From assembly GCF_036507355.1 (NCBI RefSeq), contig NZ_AP027877.1: a stretch of DNA of 64,000 bases, one strand, 5' to 3'. The stretch is from Escherichia coli (GTDB taxonomy: Bacteria; Pseudomonadota; Gammaproteobacteria; Enterobacterales; Enterobacteriaceae). Within the stretch, counting starts at the first letter, position 1. Each line of letters begins with the position of its first letter. A program made the position numbers and the translations under genes. The notes beneath the pieces were generated by a model. The model did not search any database. It was not told the DNA's origin and saw only the letters and a program-made list of their open reading frames with translations. This document shows, in pieces, positions 46,490 through 57,767 of the stretch.

Positions 46490-47542
46490 TTAAAACGTAA
46501 CGCCCATTTTGATGCTCTGTTCCGGATGCTGATCGACATACTGCATGTAGCTTTCCGGGCTATTGACAAAGGTCACCACCGGGTCGATTAAATCTTCACA
46601 GTTGAGATAACCGTTCATCAGCAGTTCCCAGCAGGTTTCTTCAATACGCTTACGGCTCCAGCGCGGATAATCCGGGTTCGGTTCGCTGCACGCGCGGGAG
46701 AAGACAATTTTGGCGTTATTGAAATGCGCTTCGCGTCCGAGGTTGAAACCTTCGGCAAACGGTTTGGCAAACGCGACATAGGAGATGGTGCCGCCGTAAG
46801 CCAGGCCGCGCAGTGCCGATTGCAGCGCGTCGGCGTAGCCGCTGGTTTCGATAATCACATCGGCACCCTGCTTGCCGGTCAGCGTTTTGATCTCTTTCCC
46901 TACGTCAGTGCCAATGGGGTTAAGGCAGAAATCCGCGCCGTGGCGACGGGCAATATCACAGCGATGGGCGATAGGATCGACGCCAATCACCACCGAAGCG
47001 CCAGCGCGTTTCGCCAGTTGAATGGCAATTTGACCGATCGCGCCAAGCCCTACCACCACGACAAAATCCCCTACGCGCACGTTGGCATCGCGCACGCCGC
47101 TCATGGCAAACTGCGCCGGGTCGTAGCAGACGGCGTTTTTCCAGGAGCTGCCTTCCGGCATTTTGCGCAGCTTGTAGTTATTCACCGCGTTAATGATGAC
47201 CGTTTCGGAAAGCGGACCGTAGCCGCATACGCTGTCACCCACCGCGTAATCGGTAACGTCGCTGCCACATTCGATAATGTCGCCAACCACCATGTTGCCA
47301 AGTTGGAATTTGCCAAACTCAATGCCGCGCGGCGCATCTGCCGGGCGCGGGGTGAACATCTGCCATTCGCCGTTAAAGTCTTCATCAATAAACGGGCTGG
47401 CGGCGCGGAAATCGACCACTTCCGTCCCGTGCTTCGGCGCGCCGAAACGCACGCGGATCTTCACTTCATTGGCTAAAATCGCCCTGTCTTCATACTCAAC
47501 CAGCGCAGCAACACGCGGTGCTGTGGCTACTAACTTTTTCAT
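46490..47542 (-). CDS. ycjQ: zinc-type alcohol dehydrogenase YcjQ
   Basis: 350 aa MDR-family with GLGAIGQ Rossmann motif. Confidence 0.8.
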   Translation of the reverse strand: MKKLVATAPRVAALVEYEDRAILANEVKIRVRFGAPKHGTEVVDFRAASPFIDEDFNGEWQMFTPRPADAPRGIEFGKFQLGNMVVGDIIECGSDVTDYAVGDSVCGYGPLSETVIINAVNNYKLRKMPEGSSWKNAVCYDPAQFAMSGVRDANVRVGDFVVVVGLGAIGQIAIQLAKRAGASVVIGVDPIAHRCDIARRHGADFCLNPIGTDVGKEIKTLTGKQGADVIIETSGYADALQSALRGLAYGGTISYVAFAKPFAEGFNLGREAHFNNAKIVFSRACSEPNPDYPRWSRKRIEETCWELLMNGYLNCEDLIDPVVTFVNSPESYMQYVDQHPEQSIKMGVTF

Positions 47543-47572
47543 GTAAAACTCCTTGTTAAGAAACTGGCCGCT

Positions 47573-48415
47573 TTAGCCCTTCACGCCACCGGCGGTCAAA
47601 CCACTCTTAATAAAACGTTCCGAAAGCGCATACATAATCACTACCGGTAATGCGGTCACCAGCGAGGCCGCCATCATCCGTCCCCAGATGTAATCAGGCG
47701 TACTGAACAGCGCGTTCAGGCCCACCGGTAAGGTGAAATTGCTGGCGCTGGAGAGGAAAATCGACGCAAACAGATAGTCGTTCCACGCCACCATAAAGCA
47801 GTAGACGAAGACGGAGATCAGCCCGGACATCGCCAACGGCACGGTGATACGGAAGATGATTTGCAGACGGTTGAGGCCATCCATCATCGCCGCTTCTTCG
47901 ATCTCATCAGGGATGGTGTCGAAGTAACTTTTCAGCATAAACACGGCGGTGGGCAGAGTTTGCGTCACCATGGTAATGATCAGCGCCATCTCGGTGTCGT
48001 AAATGCCAAGTGCGGTGATAATTTTGAACAGCGGCACCACCAGCAAAATGCCGGAGAACATGTACACCGTGTAAAAGCTGGCGTTGATGGTCATCCGGCC
48101 TTTAAAGCGCAGGCGGGATAGCGCGTAAGCCCCGAGTATGCCGAGAAATACCGCCACCACGGAGGAAACCACCGACACCACCATGCTGTTACGGAAGTAG
48201 TCGACAAACGGGAAAATCATCGGGTTAAAAATGTCGACGTAATGCTCCAGCGTCCACTGCTGTGGCAGCAGCGTAGGATGCAGCGAGATCGCCTCTTTTG
48301 CGCTCTTGAACGAGGTCATCAGCATCACAAAAAACGGAAACAGCGTGATGATGAGAAACAGCGCCAGCCCGCAGTAAAAACCGATACGACTGAGTGTGCG
48401 TTTATTTGTTGCCAT
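47573..48415 (-). CDS. ycjP: ABC sugar transporter permease YcjP
   Basis: 280 aa with 6 TM helices and EAA-type loop. Confidence 0.8.
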   Translation of the reverse strand: MATNKRTLSRIGFYCGLALFLIITLFPFFVMLMTSFKSAKEAISLHPTLLPQQWTLEHYVDIFNPMIFPFVDYFRNSMVVSVVSSVVAVFLGILGAYALSRLRFKGRMTINASFYTVYMFSGILLVVPLFKIITALGIYDTEMALIITMVTQTLPTAVFMLKSYFDTIPDEIEEAAMMDGLNRLQIIFRITVPLAMSGLISVFVYCFMVAWNDYLFASIFLSSASNFTLPVGLNALFSTPDYIWGRMMAASLVTALPVVIMYALSERFIKSGLTAGGVKG

Positions 48416-49283
48416 TGAGGTTCACCCGTTTCCTGGTCAGCAGAATGACAGCGAAAATAATGATGAAGAGCACCACCGAGATCGCCGCCGCTTTCCCTAA
48501 GTCATTAAAGGCAAAGGCGGTTTTGTAGGGATAGACACCAAGAATATCGACCTTGGTTGTCAGCAGATAAACATCAGCGAACATGTAGAACATCCAGATG
48601 GTGCGCAGGGTCACCACCGTCGCCAGGACCGGCATAATCGCGGGCAGCGTGACGATACGAAACCGTTGCCAGGCATTAGCGCCATCCATCTCTGCCGCTT
48701 CGTACAGCGATTTGTCGATGGTCTGCAAAATCGCCAGAAACGAGATAAAGGCATACGGGAAGTAGCGCCAGATGGCGAAGAGCACCACCAGCACAAAACT
48801 ACTGCCCGGATTATCGAACCACAGCGGTGCCTGCTCATAAAGATGCAGAAGATCGACGCCGAGGTAGTTCACAATGCCGTAGCCGTTGTTGAACATGTAT
48901 TTCCAGGCGAACACCAGCGAAATAGACGGCGTTACGTAGGAGAGGATCACCAGCGAACGCGCGGTTTTGCGCAGGCGGAACTCGCGGTTGAAAAACATCG
49001 CCACTGCCAGCCCGAGCACGGTGCTGCCCGCCACCACCAACGCGGTATACCAGACCGTCATCCACAGCGAGTGCCAGAAGCCGGGATCGGAGAGAATACG
49101 CACATAGTTGCTTACCCCAACAAACGTTGACTCGATGTTGGGATTGAGCGGCAGACGTAAAAAACTGATTTCGATATTCGACACCATTGGCCACGCAACC
49201 AGACCGCCCAGCAGTAATAAGCTGGGTGCGAGAAGCAACAGCGCAAAGGGCATATCGGAACGACCTGAAAAAAGCCTGTTCAT
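48402..49283 (-). CDS. ycjO: ABC sugar transporter permease YcjO
   Basis: 293 aa MalF/G-type permease. Confidence 0.8.
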   Translation of the reverse strand: MNRLFSGRSDMPFALLLLAPSLLLLGGLVAWPMVSNIEISFLRLPLNPNIESTFVGVSNYVRILSDPGFWHSLWMTVWYTALVVAGSTVLGLAVAMFFNREFRLRKTARSLVILSYVTPSISLVFAWKYMFNNGYGIVNYLGVDLLHLYEQAPLWFDNPGSSFVLVVLFAIWRYFPYAFISFLAILQTIDKSLYEAAEMDGANAWQRFRIVTLPAIMPVLATVVTLRTIWMFYMFADVYLLTTKVDILGVYPYKTAFAFNDLGKAAAISVVLFIIIFAVILLTRKRVNLNGNK

Positions 49284-49303
49284 TGCGGACTCCTGTCCTG
49301 GGT

Positions 49304-50596
49304 TTAGTGCTGTTCGATCAGTTCATCCAGCTTTTTCTGGCTCGCTTGTAGCGTGGTAGAGAGATCGGCTTTACCCACAGTGACGTTATGCACCATGGAG
49401 CTCACCACCCCAGAACCCGTCACATCGCCCATGCGGGTAAAGTTTTTATCCCCTACTGCGCCAAAGACCTGAATATTCGGCAGTTCACCGATTAACTGAT
49501 TTGGCAGTTCACCCAGCGCCTTAATAACGTCGTTGTCTTTCCAGGTGGCAGTAGTGACAACCGCTTTGTTCACCGGCAGCGCCGCGCCTGGCGACATCAT
49601 CACCCAGTCGGCAATGTTGTCTGCCTGCTCCATAAAGGTGACAAATTTTTCTGCTGCTTCCGTTTCTTCGGTCTTTTGCCCGGCGGTAATGGTCAGCGAG
49701 GTCAACATGCCGTAGACTGCAGCGTTTTTCTCCGTTGGCACGACGAAACCGACGTTTTTCGGGTCGCCTTCTTTAATCACAGCCGGAAGGATATAGGTGG
49801 AGTAAATCGCCATCGGCGCGGTGCCGTTCATAAAGGCGTCTTTCACTTCCATGATGTCGTTAGAACCCGGCATGGTGTTGGCAGCAAGGTCGCGGTAATA
49901 GGTCAGCGCCTGCATCATCTCTGGTGTATCAAGAGTGATTTTGCCTTCGGCGTTAAAGACGTTGGCCTGGTTGGATAACGCAAACTGGGAGAAGGATTGT
50001 TCCGTCAGCACGCTTTCTGCCGTAGGCAGCGCAATACCGTATTTTTTATTCGCCGGGTCATTCAGTTTCTGTGCAACGTCCAGCAGCTGTTGCCAGTTTT
50101 TCGGCTCCTCCAGCCCCGCTTTTGCCAGCACATCTTTGCGATACCAGATGCCGCCAATCCAGGCGCTGACAGGTACACCGGTCCATGCGCTACCATCTTC
50201 GGTACGCACAATACGCAGTACGCCATCGTAAAACGCGCCTTCACCAACGTTGCTGATGACCGTGGCAACCGCTTTGCGATCGATAAGCTGCTCTTTATCC
50301 ATAACTTTGGCGTAGTCATGGCTGGTTTCGATCACTTCCGGCAGCGAGCCGCTACGTGAAAGGGTGATGACTTTAGTGTTATAAGCGTCTTCTTCCACGG
50401 GCACTTGTTTAACGGTGATACCTGGGTTTTCTTTTTCAAAACGGGCAATCAATTTGCTGATAACTGCCTGACGCTCCTGCTCCACCGAAGAATGCATAAA
50501 TTCGATGGATACATGGGTTTTATTTTCTTCTTTACAGCCTGAAATCAGGGCGCAGGAAACCAGTGCTGATAACAGCACGATTTTTGATTTAATCAT
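49304..50596 (-). CDS. ycjN: periplasmic sugar-binding protein YcjN
   Basis: 430 aa with lipoprotein-type signal (LISGC). Confidence 0.8.
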   Translation of the reverse strand: MIKSKIVLLSALVSCALISGCKEENKTHVSIEFMHSSVEQERQAVISKLIARFEKENPGITVKQVPVEEDAYNTKVITLSRSGSLPEVIETSHDYAKVMDKEQLIDRKAVATVISNVGEGAFYDGVLRIVRTEDGSAWTGVPVSAWIGGIWYRKDVLAKAGLEEPKNWQQLLDVAQKLNDPANKKYGIALPTAESVLTEQSFSQFALSNQANVFNAEGKITLDTPEMMQALTYYRDLAANTMPGSNDIMEVKDAFMNGTAPMAIYSTYILPAVIKEGDPKNVGFVVPTEKNAAVYGMLTSLTITAGQKTEETEAAEKFVTFMEQADNIADWVMMSPGAALPVNKAVVTTATWKDNDVIKALGELPNQLIGELPNIQVFGAVGDKNFTRMGDVTGSGVVSSMVHNVTVGKADLSTTLQASQKKLDELIEQH

Positions 50597-50972
50597 GAGA
50601 TGTTCCTTTTTATTTAATCCACATAACCTGCCAGGGGCGCAGCGTTATTTCATTACCCAATATATCAACTTCACTAATCAGATCCCGACCATGCAGATCA
50701 GTAATATTTACATGCTGAATATTTTCACTGACATTAAACAATCCAGTCAGACAATTACCATCAGCGTTACTTCTTTGAATACGCATTACGGATGAATTAA
50801 CCGTATCAATGGTAAAATTATTATCCGGATGAAACTCGTTATGGCTGCGACGAAGTGTAATTAAACGCGACAACTCATGATATACCGCATGCCTTAATGT
50901 AGCTTCATCGTTCAGTTGGTGATGCTGCCAACTTACTGATTTAGTGTATGATGGTGTTTTTGAGGTGCTCCA

Positions 50973-51248
50973 GTGGCTTCTGTTTCTATCAGCTGTCCCT
51001 CCTGTTCAGCTACTGACGGGGTGGTGCGTAACGGCAAAAGCACCGCCGGACATCAGCGCTATCTCTGCTCTCACTGCCGTAAAACATGGCAACTGCAGTT
51101 CACTTACACCGCTTCTCAACCCGGTACGCACCAGAAAATCATTGATATGGCCATGAATGGCGTTGGATGCCGGGCAACAGCCCGCATTATGGGCATTGGC
51201 CTCAACACGATTTTACGTCACTTAAAAAACTCAGGCCGCAGTCGGTAA
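50973..51248 (+). CDS. insA: IS1 InsA
   Basis: identical to the insA at 10432. Confidence 0.9.
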   Translation: MASVSISCPSCSATDGVVRNGKSTAGHQRYLCSHCRKTWQLQFTYTASQPGTHQKIIDMAMNGVGCRATARIMGIGLNTILRHLKNSGRSR

Positions 51249-51670
51249 CCTCGCGCATACAGCCGGGCAGTGACGTCATCGTCTGCGCGGAAATGGACGA
51301 ACAGTGGGGCTATGTCGGGGCTAAATCGCGCCAGCGCTGGCTGTTTTACGCGTATGACAGGCTCCGGAAGACGGTTGTTGCGCACGTATTCGGTGAACGC
51401 ACGATGGCGACGCTGGGGCGTCTTATGAGCCTGCTGTCACCCTTTGACGTGGTGATATGGATGACGGATGGCTGGCCGCTGTATGAATCCCGCCTGAAGG
51501 GAAAGCTGCACGTAATCAGCAAGCGATATACGCAGCGAATTGAGCGGCATAACCTGAATCTGAGGCAGCACCTGGCACGGCTGGGACGGAAGTCGCTGTC
51601 GTTCTCAAAATCGGTGGAGCTGCATGACAAAGTCATCGGGCATTATCTGAACATAAAACACTATCAATAA
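51167..51670 (+). CDS. insB: IS1 InsB
   Basis: identical to the insB at 10626. Confidence 0.85.
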   Translation: MPGNSPHYGHWPQHDFTSLKKLRPQSVTSRIQPGSDVIVCAEMDEQWGYVGAKSRQRWLFYAYDRLRKTVVAHVFGERTMATLGRLMSLLSPFDVVIWMTDGWPLYESRLKGKLHVISKRYTQRIERHNLNLRQHLARLGRKSLSFSKSVELHDKVIGHYLNIKHYQ

Positions 51671-53276
51671 GTTGGAGTCATTACCCGTTCAGTTCTCGTG
51701 TTATCTCTTCACTGTGATATTTTTTACGGTTAATCGCACGGTTATATCCGAGTTTTTCGACACCTGCGTAATCATTACGCGAGCCCAGAATACTTTGAAT
51801 ATATATCGCTGGCACACCGGGGAAACTTAACAAAATCGCATGGGCAAGGATAAACCTGGCGCAACGTTCTTCATCGCTACTCTCGCGGCGGCTTAACGCA
51901 TCCATATAGGTGACATTTATTTCATAGGGACTGCGCGTACCGTCGGGATTATTTTTCCAGTTTACTAATGCACCTTCCTGCTGTAATGCCTCGATCAGCG
52001 CTAATATTTCGCTTTCTGGTAACAAGCCCCGCAGTGGGTTCAGCCCGATGCCATCGTGAGAGGCGAGGAAGTTAAACCAGGTCGTTTTACCGGAGGGCAA
52101 GCTCAGACTTTGCGCCCACTGGCACAGCGCCTCGACGTTCTGTTTTTGCACCGCATGTAACACCAGCGGCGGCAGCGAGAACTGGTACACCATATGCGCT
52201 TCGTCATCGCCTTCGCCAAAGTAAGCAATGTTATCTTTATGCGGAACATTCGTCTCAGTAATAATCACCGTACCTGGCGCGATGTCATCAATAATCGACC
52301 GTAACAGTTTGATAATCAGATGTGTTTTTTCCAGATGGATGCAGCTTGTTCCCGGCTCTTTCCACATAAAGCCAACGGCATCCAGACGGACATATTCTGC
52401 GCCCTTTTCCAGGTAGCACAGCAATACATCCACCATCGCCAGCAACACTTCAGGGCTACGGTAATTGAGGTCAATTTGATCGTCGCTAAAGGTGGTCCAT
52501 AAATGGCGCGTGGAATTATCATCCATTTGAAACGGCGTTAATAGCGGTAACGCACGCGGACGGGTGACGGCACTGAGATCGGTTTTCGGATCAACCGCAA
52601 TAAAGAAATCTTTAAAACCCGGAAGCTGTTGCAAATAGTTTTTAAACCATTCACTTTTTGCCGACATATGGTTGCAGACAAAATCAAACATTAAATGACT
52701 GCATTCACCGAGCTGCTGAATATCCTGCCACTCCCCCGCTTCACTGGCGACCTGATGATAATCAATTACCGAAAATCCATCATCAGATGACCATGGATAA
52801 AAAGGTAATAAATGAACATGTGAAAAAATGCTTTGCAGCCATTGGTGGTAAAACTGATTAAATGTGGGTAGTGGTTTTAAATCATTACTGTGAAATTGAT
52901 CGGCATAGGTAATTAACACGACGTCACTTTCATCCCAGTGTTTTTTACGTCGCTGTGTAATTAATCGTTTCGCACTCTCAAGACGCGTTACAAGTTTCTG
53001 TAAATGAGTTGCGGTAAATGTTCCACCGTAGATTTCGCCCAGGTAATCCGTAATTTTCTGTTTCATGTTGCCTTTCCGTGGTAGCGGTCCCATGAAACGA
53101 GAGACTACTCCGCAGAAAATAAACTGTCAATTGAGCACAAGGGTTTTAGTCACGCAGGAAATCATTTTTTACCAGGGAAAAAGCGTATTTGTGAGCTGAC
53201 GCAAATAATCTATAGGGATGTAAATAAGGTGTGACAGAAAAAAACGGCGCATAAGCGCCGCTCATGGTGAATTCTT

Positions 53277-53591
53277 TTAACCTTTGACCTTCGGCATTGC
53301 GATGTCTTTCAGGCCACCGGCGTTCTCAACGTGGGTATATCCCATCTCGCTAAGGATCTCTTTTGCCTGCCCGGACTGGCGTCCGGCATTGCAATACACT
53401 TTCACGGTGTCGTTTTTATCCGGAACGGCGGTGGCAATGCGTTCTTTCACTTCCTTCAGGGGAATATTGATGGCCCCCTGAACGTGCTCCTGCTGATACT
53501 GCTCTGGAACACGAACATCGATCCAGTGTTCAGCGGCGAAAACGGGCAGTGAAAACACCAGTGCCAGAGCAAGTAAGCCTTTTTTAAACAT
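53277..53591 (-). CDS. pspE: thiosulfate sulfurtransferase PspE (rhodanese)
   Basis: 104 aa with signal peptide and active-site Cys (YCNAGRQS). Confidence 0.9.
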   Translation of the reverse strand: MFKKGLLALALVFSLPVFAAEHWIDVRVPEQYQQEHVQGAINIPLKEVKERIATAVPDKNDTVKVYCNAGRQSGQAKEILSEMGYTHVENAGGLKDIAMPKVKG

Positions 53592-53665
53592 GTAAGCGTC
53601 CTTCTATGGATGAAAATTGCCATCCATTATACGCCTGAGATTTAACAATTTTTGCGAAACTCCCC

Positions 53666-53887
53666 TCACCTTTTATAACGCTGTGCCAGTTTATTGGCAG
53701 CCCGACTTAACAGCGGTTCCAGCGCCACAGCCAGCAACATTTTCAGCGGTCGGCGAGCAACTGATTTTATCGCCCAGCCCGCCACACCCGCCGGGCCATA
53801 GCGCAGTGCGGTAAGAAGTACCAGCTTGCCTGCTAATTTGAAACCAGGCTTCACCTTTTGCCCGGCCTGTTGCCAGCGAGTATTCAT
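53666..53887 (-). CDS. pspD: phage shock protein D
   Basis: 73 aa [25 protein letters not shown]... Confidence 0.8.
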
Positions 53888-53895
53888 AACTTTCC

Positions 53896-54255
53896 TCACA
53901 GTTGACGGAAACGGCTACGTAACGTGAATGTATCGGAAGTGACATAACGTTCCATCTCGCGTAAACGCGTTTCACTTGCCGCCAGTTCACGGTCGACTTC
54001 ATCCAGCAATTCACTGCTGGAAGGTAGCTGCTCACCAAAAGCCATGTTGTCCGGCATTGGATCAAGCGCAAATGACAAAATGATGTAAGCAACCAGGGTA
54101 AACAGCGCCAGACCGAAGAAAATCGACAGCACCACCAGGATACGCACCAGTTTTACCGGTACATCAAAATAGTTGGCAATCCCGGCGCAGACGCCACGGA
54201 CCATGCCCTGCTGTGGAATACGCCATAATTTTTTATTGAGATTAATGCCCGCCAT
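53896..54255 (-). CDS. pspC: phage shock protein C
   Basis: 119 aa with single TM helix. Confidence 0.9.
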
Positions 54256-54479
54256 TAGCGATCCCTCCAGTTCGGATGTTCTGCATCAAGAATAGATTCC
54301 AGCGCCTGAATACGTTCGCGCATCCGTTTTGCTTCATCAGCCAGTTGCGCTAATCGCTGCTGCTCACTTTGCGACAATTCACTGCGACCAGAACGATTGC
54401 TGTAATGCAGCCATAACCAGATCGGTAAAACAAACAGCACAAAAATGGTTAATGGAATAGCCAGAAATAGCGCGCTCAT
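54255..54479 (-). CDS. pspB: phage shock protein B
   Basis: 74 aa, N-terminal TM helix. Confidence 0.9.
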   Translation of the reverse strand: MSALFLAIPLTIFVLFVLPIWLWLHYSNRSGRSELSQSEQQRLAQLADEAKRMRERIQALESILDAEHPNWRDR

Positions 54480-54532
54480 AAGTACTCCTTAGACGATGAG
54501 CGGCGGCGCTTTCGGACGCCGCCTGGATGTTA

Positions 54533-55273
<741 letters not shown>

Positions 55274-55367
55274 TTATCTTTTTGATTTATAAAGATCTGA
55301 TTGAAGAATCAACAGCAACATGCCAGGATGAATTAGCGAATTACACTAACAAGTGGCGAATTTCATC

Positions 55368-56345
55368 ATGGCAGAATACAAAGATAATTTACTTGGTGAG
55401 GCGAACAGCTTTCTCGAAGTGCTGGAACAGGTTTCGCATCTCGCACCGCTGGACAAACCGGTGCTCATCATCGGCGAACGCGGCACCGGTAAAGAGCTGA
55501 TCGCCAGCCGCCTGCATTATCTCTCCTCCCGTTGGCAAGGGCCGTTTATTTCCCTTAACTGCGCGGCGTTAAATGAAAATCTGCTGGATTCCGAACTGTT
55601 TGGTCACGAAGCGGGGGCGTTTACCGGTGCGCAAAAACGTCATCCAGGGAGATTTGAACGTGCCGACGGCGGTACGCTATTTCTTGATGAACTCGCTACA
55701 GCACCGATGATGGTGCAGGAAAAATTATTGCGCGTGATTGAGTACGGTGAACTGGAGCGCGTTGGCGGCAGCCAGCCGTTGCAGGTGAATGTGCGGTTGG
55801 TATGCGCGACGAATGCCGATCTCCCGGCGATGGTCAATGAAGGTACTTTTCGCGCTGACCTGCTCGACCGCCTGGCTTTTGATGTTGTGCAACTGCCACC
55901 ACTGCGCGAGCGCGAAAGCGACATTATGTTGATGGCGGAACACTTTGCCATCCAGATGTGTCGGGAAATCAAGCTGCCTCTGTTCCCGGGTTTTACCGAG
56001 CACGCCAGAGAAACATTGCTGAATTATCGTTGGCCGGGAAATATTCGTGAATTGAAAAACGTGGTGGAACGTTCAGTGTATCGCCACGGCACCAGCGATT
56101 ATCCGCTTGATGACATCATTATTGATCCCTTTAAACGGCGTCCGCCTGAAGACGCTATCGCCGTTTCAGAAACCACCTCGCTTCCAACACTGCCGCTGGA
56201 TTTACGTGAGTTTCAGATGCAGCAGGAAAAAGAGTTGCTGCAACTCAGTTTGCAACAAGGGAAATATAACCAGAAGCGTGCGGCTGAATTACTGGGGTTA
56301 ACCTATCATCAGTTCCGCGCGTTGTTGAAAAAGCACCAGATTTAG
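55368..56345 (+). CDS. pspF: sigma54-dependent activator PspF
   Basis: 325 aa AAA+ enhancer-binding protein (GERGTGKE, GAFTGA motif) lacking a receiver domain; C-terminal HTH. Confidence 0.95.
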   Translation: MAEYKDNLLGEANSFLEVLEQVSHLAPLDKPVLIIGERGTGKELIASRLHYLSSRWQGPFISLNCAALNENLLDSELFGHEAGAFTGAQKRHPGRFERADGGTLFLDELATAPMMVQEKLLRVIEYGELERVGGSQPLQVNVRLVCATNADLPAMVNEGTFRADLLDRLAFDVVQLPPLRERESDIMLMAEHFAIQMCREIKLPLFPGFTEHARETLLNYRWPGNIRELKNVVERSVYRHGTSDYPLDDIIIDPFKRRPPEDAIAVSETTSLPTLPLDLREFQMQQEKELLQLSLQQGKYNQKRAAELLGLTYHQFRALLKKHQI

Positions 56346-56366
56346 CGAAGTTGGGCAATACAACTT

Positions 56367-56450
56367 GCCGGATGCGGCGTGAATGCTTTATCCGGCATAC
56401 ATAATCAATACGTCGTTTGCAGGCCTGATAAGCGCAGCGCATCAGACATT
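56367..56450. repeat. REP elements between pspF and puuE
   Basis: gccggatgcggcgtgaatgctttatccggc and ggcctgataagcgcagcgcatcag palindromic units. Confidence 0.6.
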
Positions 56451-56464
56451 ATTGCGTTGGGCTA

Positions 56465-57730
56465 TTAATCGCTCAGCGCATCCTGCAAAATTTTCATTGC
56501 CGCATCGAATTGCGCATCCGGGATGGTCAGCGGATACAGGAAACGAATCACGTTGCCATACGCGCCGCAGGTCAGCAGTAGCAGCCCCTGCGCCAGCGCG
56601 CGTTGCTGGATTTTCTGTGCAATCGCCGCTGACGGCTCGCCCGTTTGCGGATCGTTAAACTCTGCCGCAATCATAGACCCCAGACCGCGTACCGCCGCGA
56701 TGGCCGGAACGCTTTCTTTGGCATCAATCAGCGTGTTTGTCAGACGCTGGCCAAGTTGATTCGCGCGTTCGCAGAGTGATTCTTTGTCGATAATGTTGAG
56801 CACCGCGTGCGCGGCAGCCACCGCCAGCGGGTTACCGGCGTAGGTGCCGCCAAGCCCGCCCGGCGCGGGTGCGTCCATAATATTCGCGTTACCGACCACG
56901 CCCGAAAGCGGCATCCCGCCCGCGAGGCTTTTCGCCATCGTCATTAAATCCGGCTTATCGGCGTAATGATCCATGGCAAACAGCTTACCGGTACGCGCAA
57001 AGCCGCTTTGCACTTCATCAGCAATCATCACAATACCGTGCTCGTCGCACAGGCGGCGAATGGCGGCAACCAGCTCTTTGGGTGCAACGTTGAAACCGCC
57101 CTCGCCCTGCACTGGTTCGAAAATAATCGCCGCCACCTGCTTCGCTTCAATGTCCGATTTAAACAAGCGTTCGATGGCGTCGAGCGAGTCCTGCGTTGAA
57201 ACGCCATGTAAATCTGACGGATAAGGCACGTGATACACCGAACCAGGGAACGGGCCGAAGCCAATTTTGTACGGCGCGACTTTTCCAGTCAGCGCCATGG
57301 TCATATACGTGCGACCGTGGAAGCCGCCGCTAAACGCAATCACGCCAGGGCGTCCGGTATGGGCGCGAGCAATTTTCACCGCGTTCTCAACCGCTTCCGC
57401 GCCGGTAGTGAAGAACGCGGTTTTGGCCTGCCCGCTCACCGGGGCAAGGGCGTTGATTTTCTCCGCCAGGGTGACGTAGCTTTCATACGGCACAATCTGA
57501 TACGCGGTGTGGGTAAACTGTTGCAGTTGCTGCTCCACCGCCGCGACCAGATCAGGGTGGCGATGTCCGGTATTCAGCACCGCAATGCCTGCGGCGAAAT
57601 CGATGTACTCGTTGCCCTCAACATCCTTCAGCGTAGCGTTTTCAGCCGACTGGGCGAAGAAGTTACACATCACGCCAACCCCGCGCGGGGTGGCAGAAAG
57701 ACGACGCTGATGGAATTCATTGTTGCTCAT
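56465..57730 (-). CDS. puuE: 4-aminobutyrate aminotransferase PuuE
   Basis: 421 aa class-III PLP aminotransferase. Confidence 0.9.
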   Translation of the reverse strand: MSNNEFHQRRLSATPRGVGVMCNFFAQSAENATLKDVEGNEYIDFAAGIAVLNTGHRHPDLVAAVEQQLQQFTHTAYQIVPYESYVTLAEKINALAPVSGQAKTAFFTTGAEAVENAVKIARAHTGRPGVIAFSGGFHGRTYMTMALTGKVAPYKIGFGPFPGSVYHVPYPSDLHGVSTQDSLDAIERLFKSDIEAKQVAAIIFEPVQGEGGFNVAPKELVAAIRRLCDEHGIVMIADEVQSGFARTGKLFAMDHYADKPDLMTMAKSLAGGMPLSGVVGNANIMDAPAPGGLGGTYAGNPLAVAAAHAVLNIIDKESLCERANQLGQRLTNTLIDAKESVPAIAAVRGLGSMIAAEFNDPQTGEPSAAIAQKIQQRALAQGLLLLTCGAYGNVIRFLYPLTIPDAQFDAAMKILQDALSD

Positions 57731-57767
57731 GTTTCACACCTTTTGACTCTTCACTGTTAATCGGAAA

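Larger units (their letters stand above)
50918..51685 (+). mobile_element. IS1 (768 bp) with 9-bp target duplication cgttcagtt
   Basis: same ends as the first IS1; duplicated 9-mers at 50909-50917 and 51686-51694. Confidence 0.95.
50610..53093 (-). pseudogene. ycjM: sucrose phosphorylase-family gene YcjM disrupted by IS1
   Basis: N-terminal 470-codon ORF (51681-53093) and C-terminal remnant (50610-50917) separated by IS1 with target duplication. Confidence 0.85.

Noticed and set aside
46724-47476. 250-aa ORF on the plus strand inside ycjQ, and similar long antisense ORFs (48666-49130, 49676-50359, 58413-58874)
   Set aside because: They lie entirely antisense to well-supported genes in GC-rich DNA and show no recognisable domain features; typical shadow ORFs
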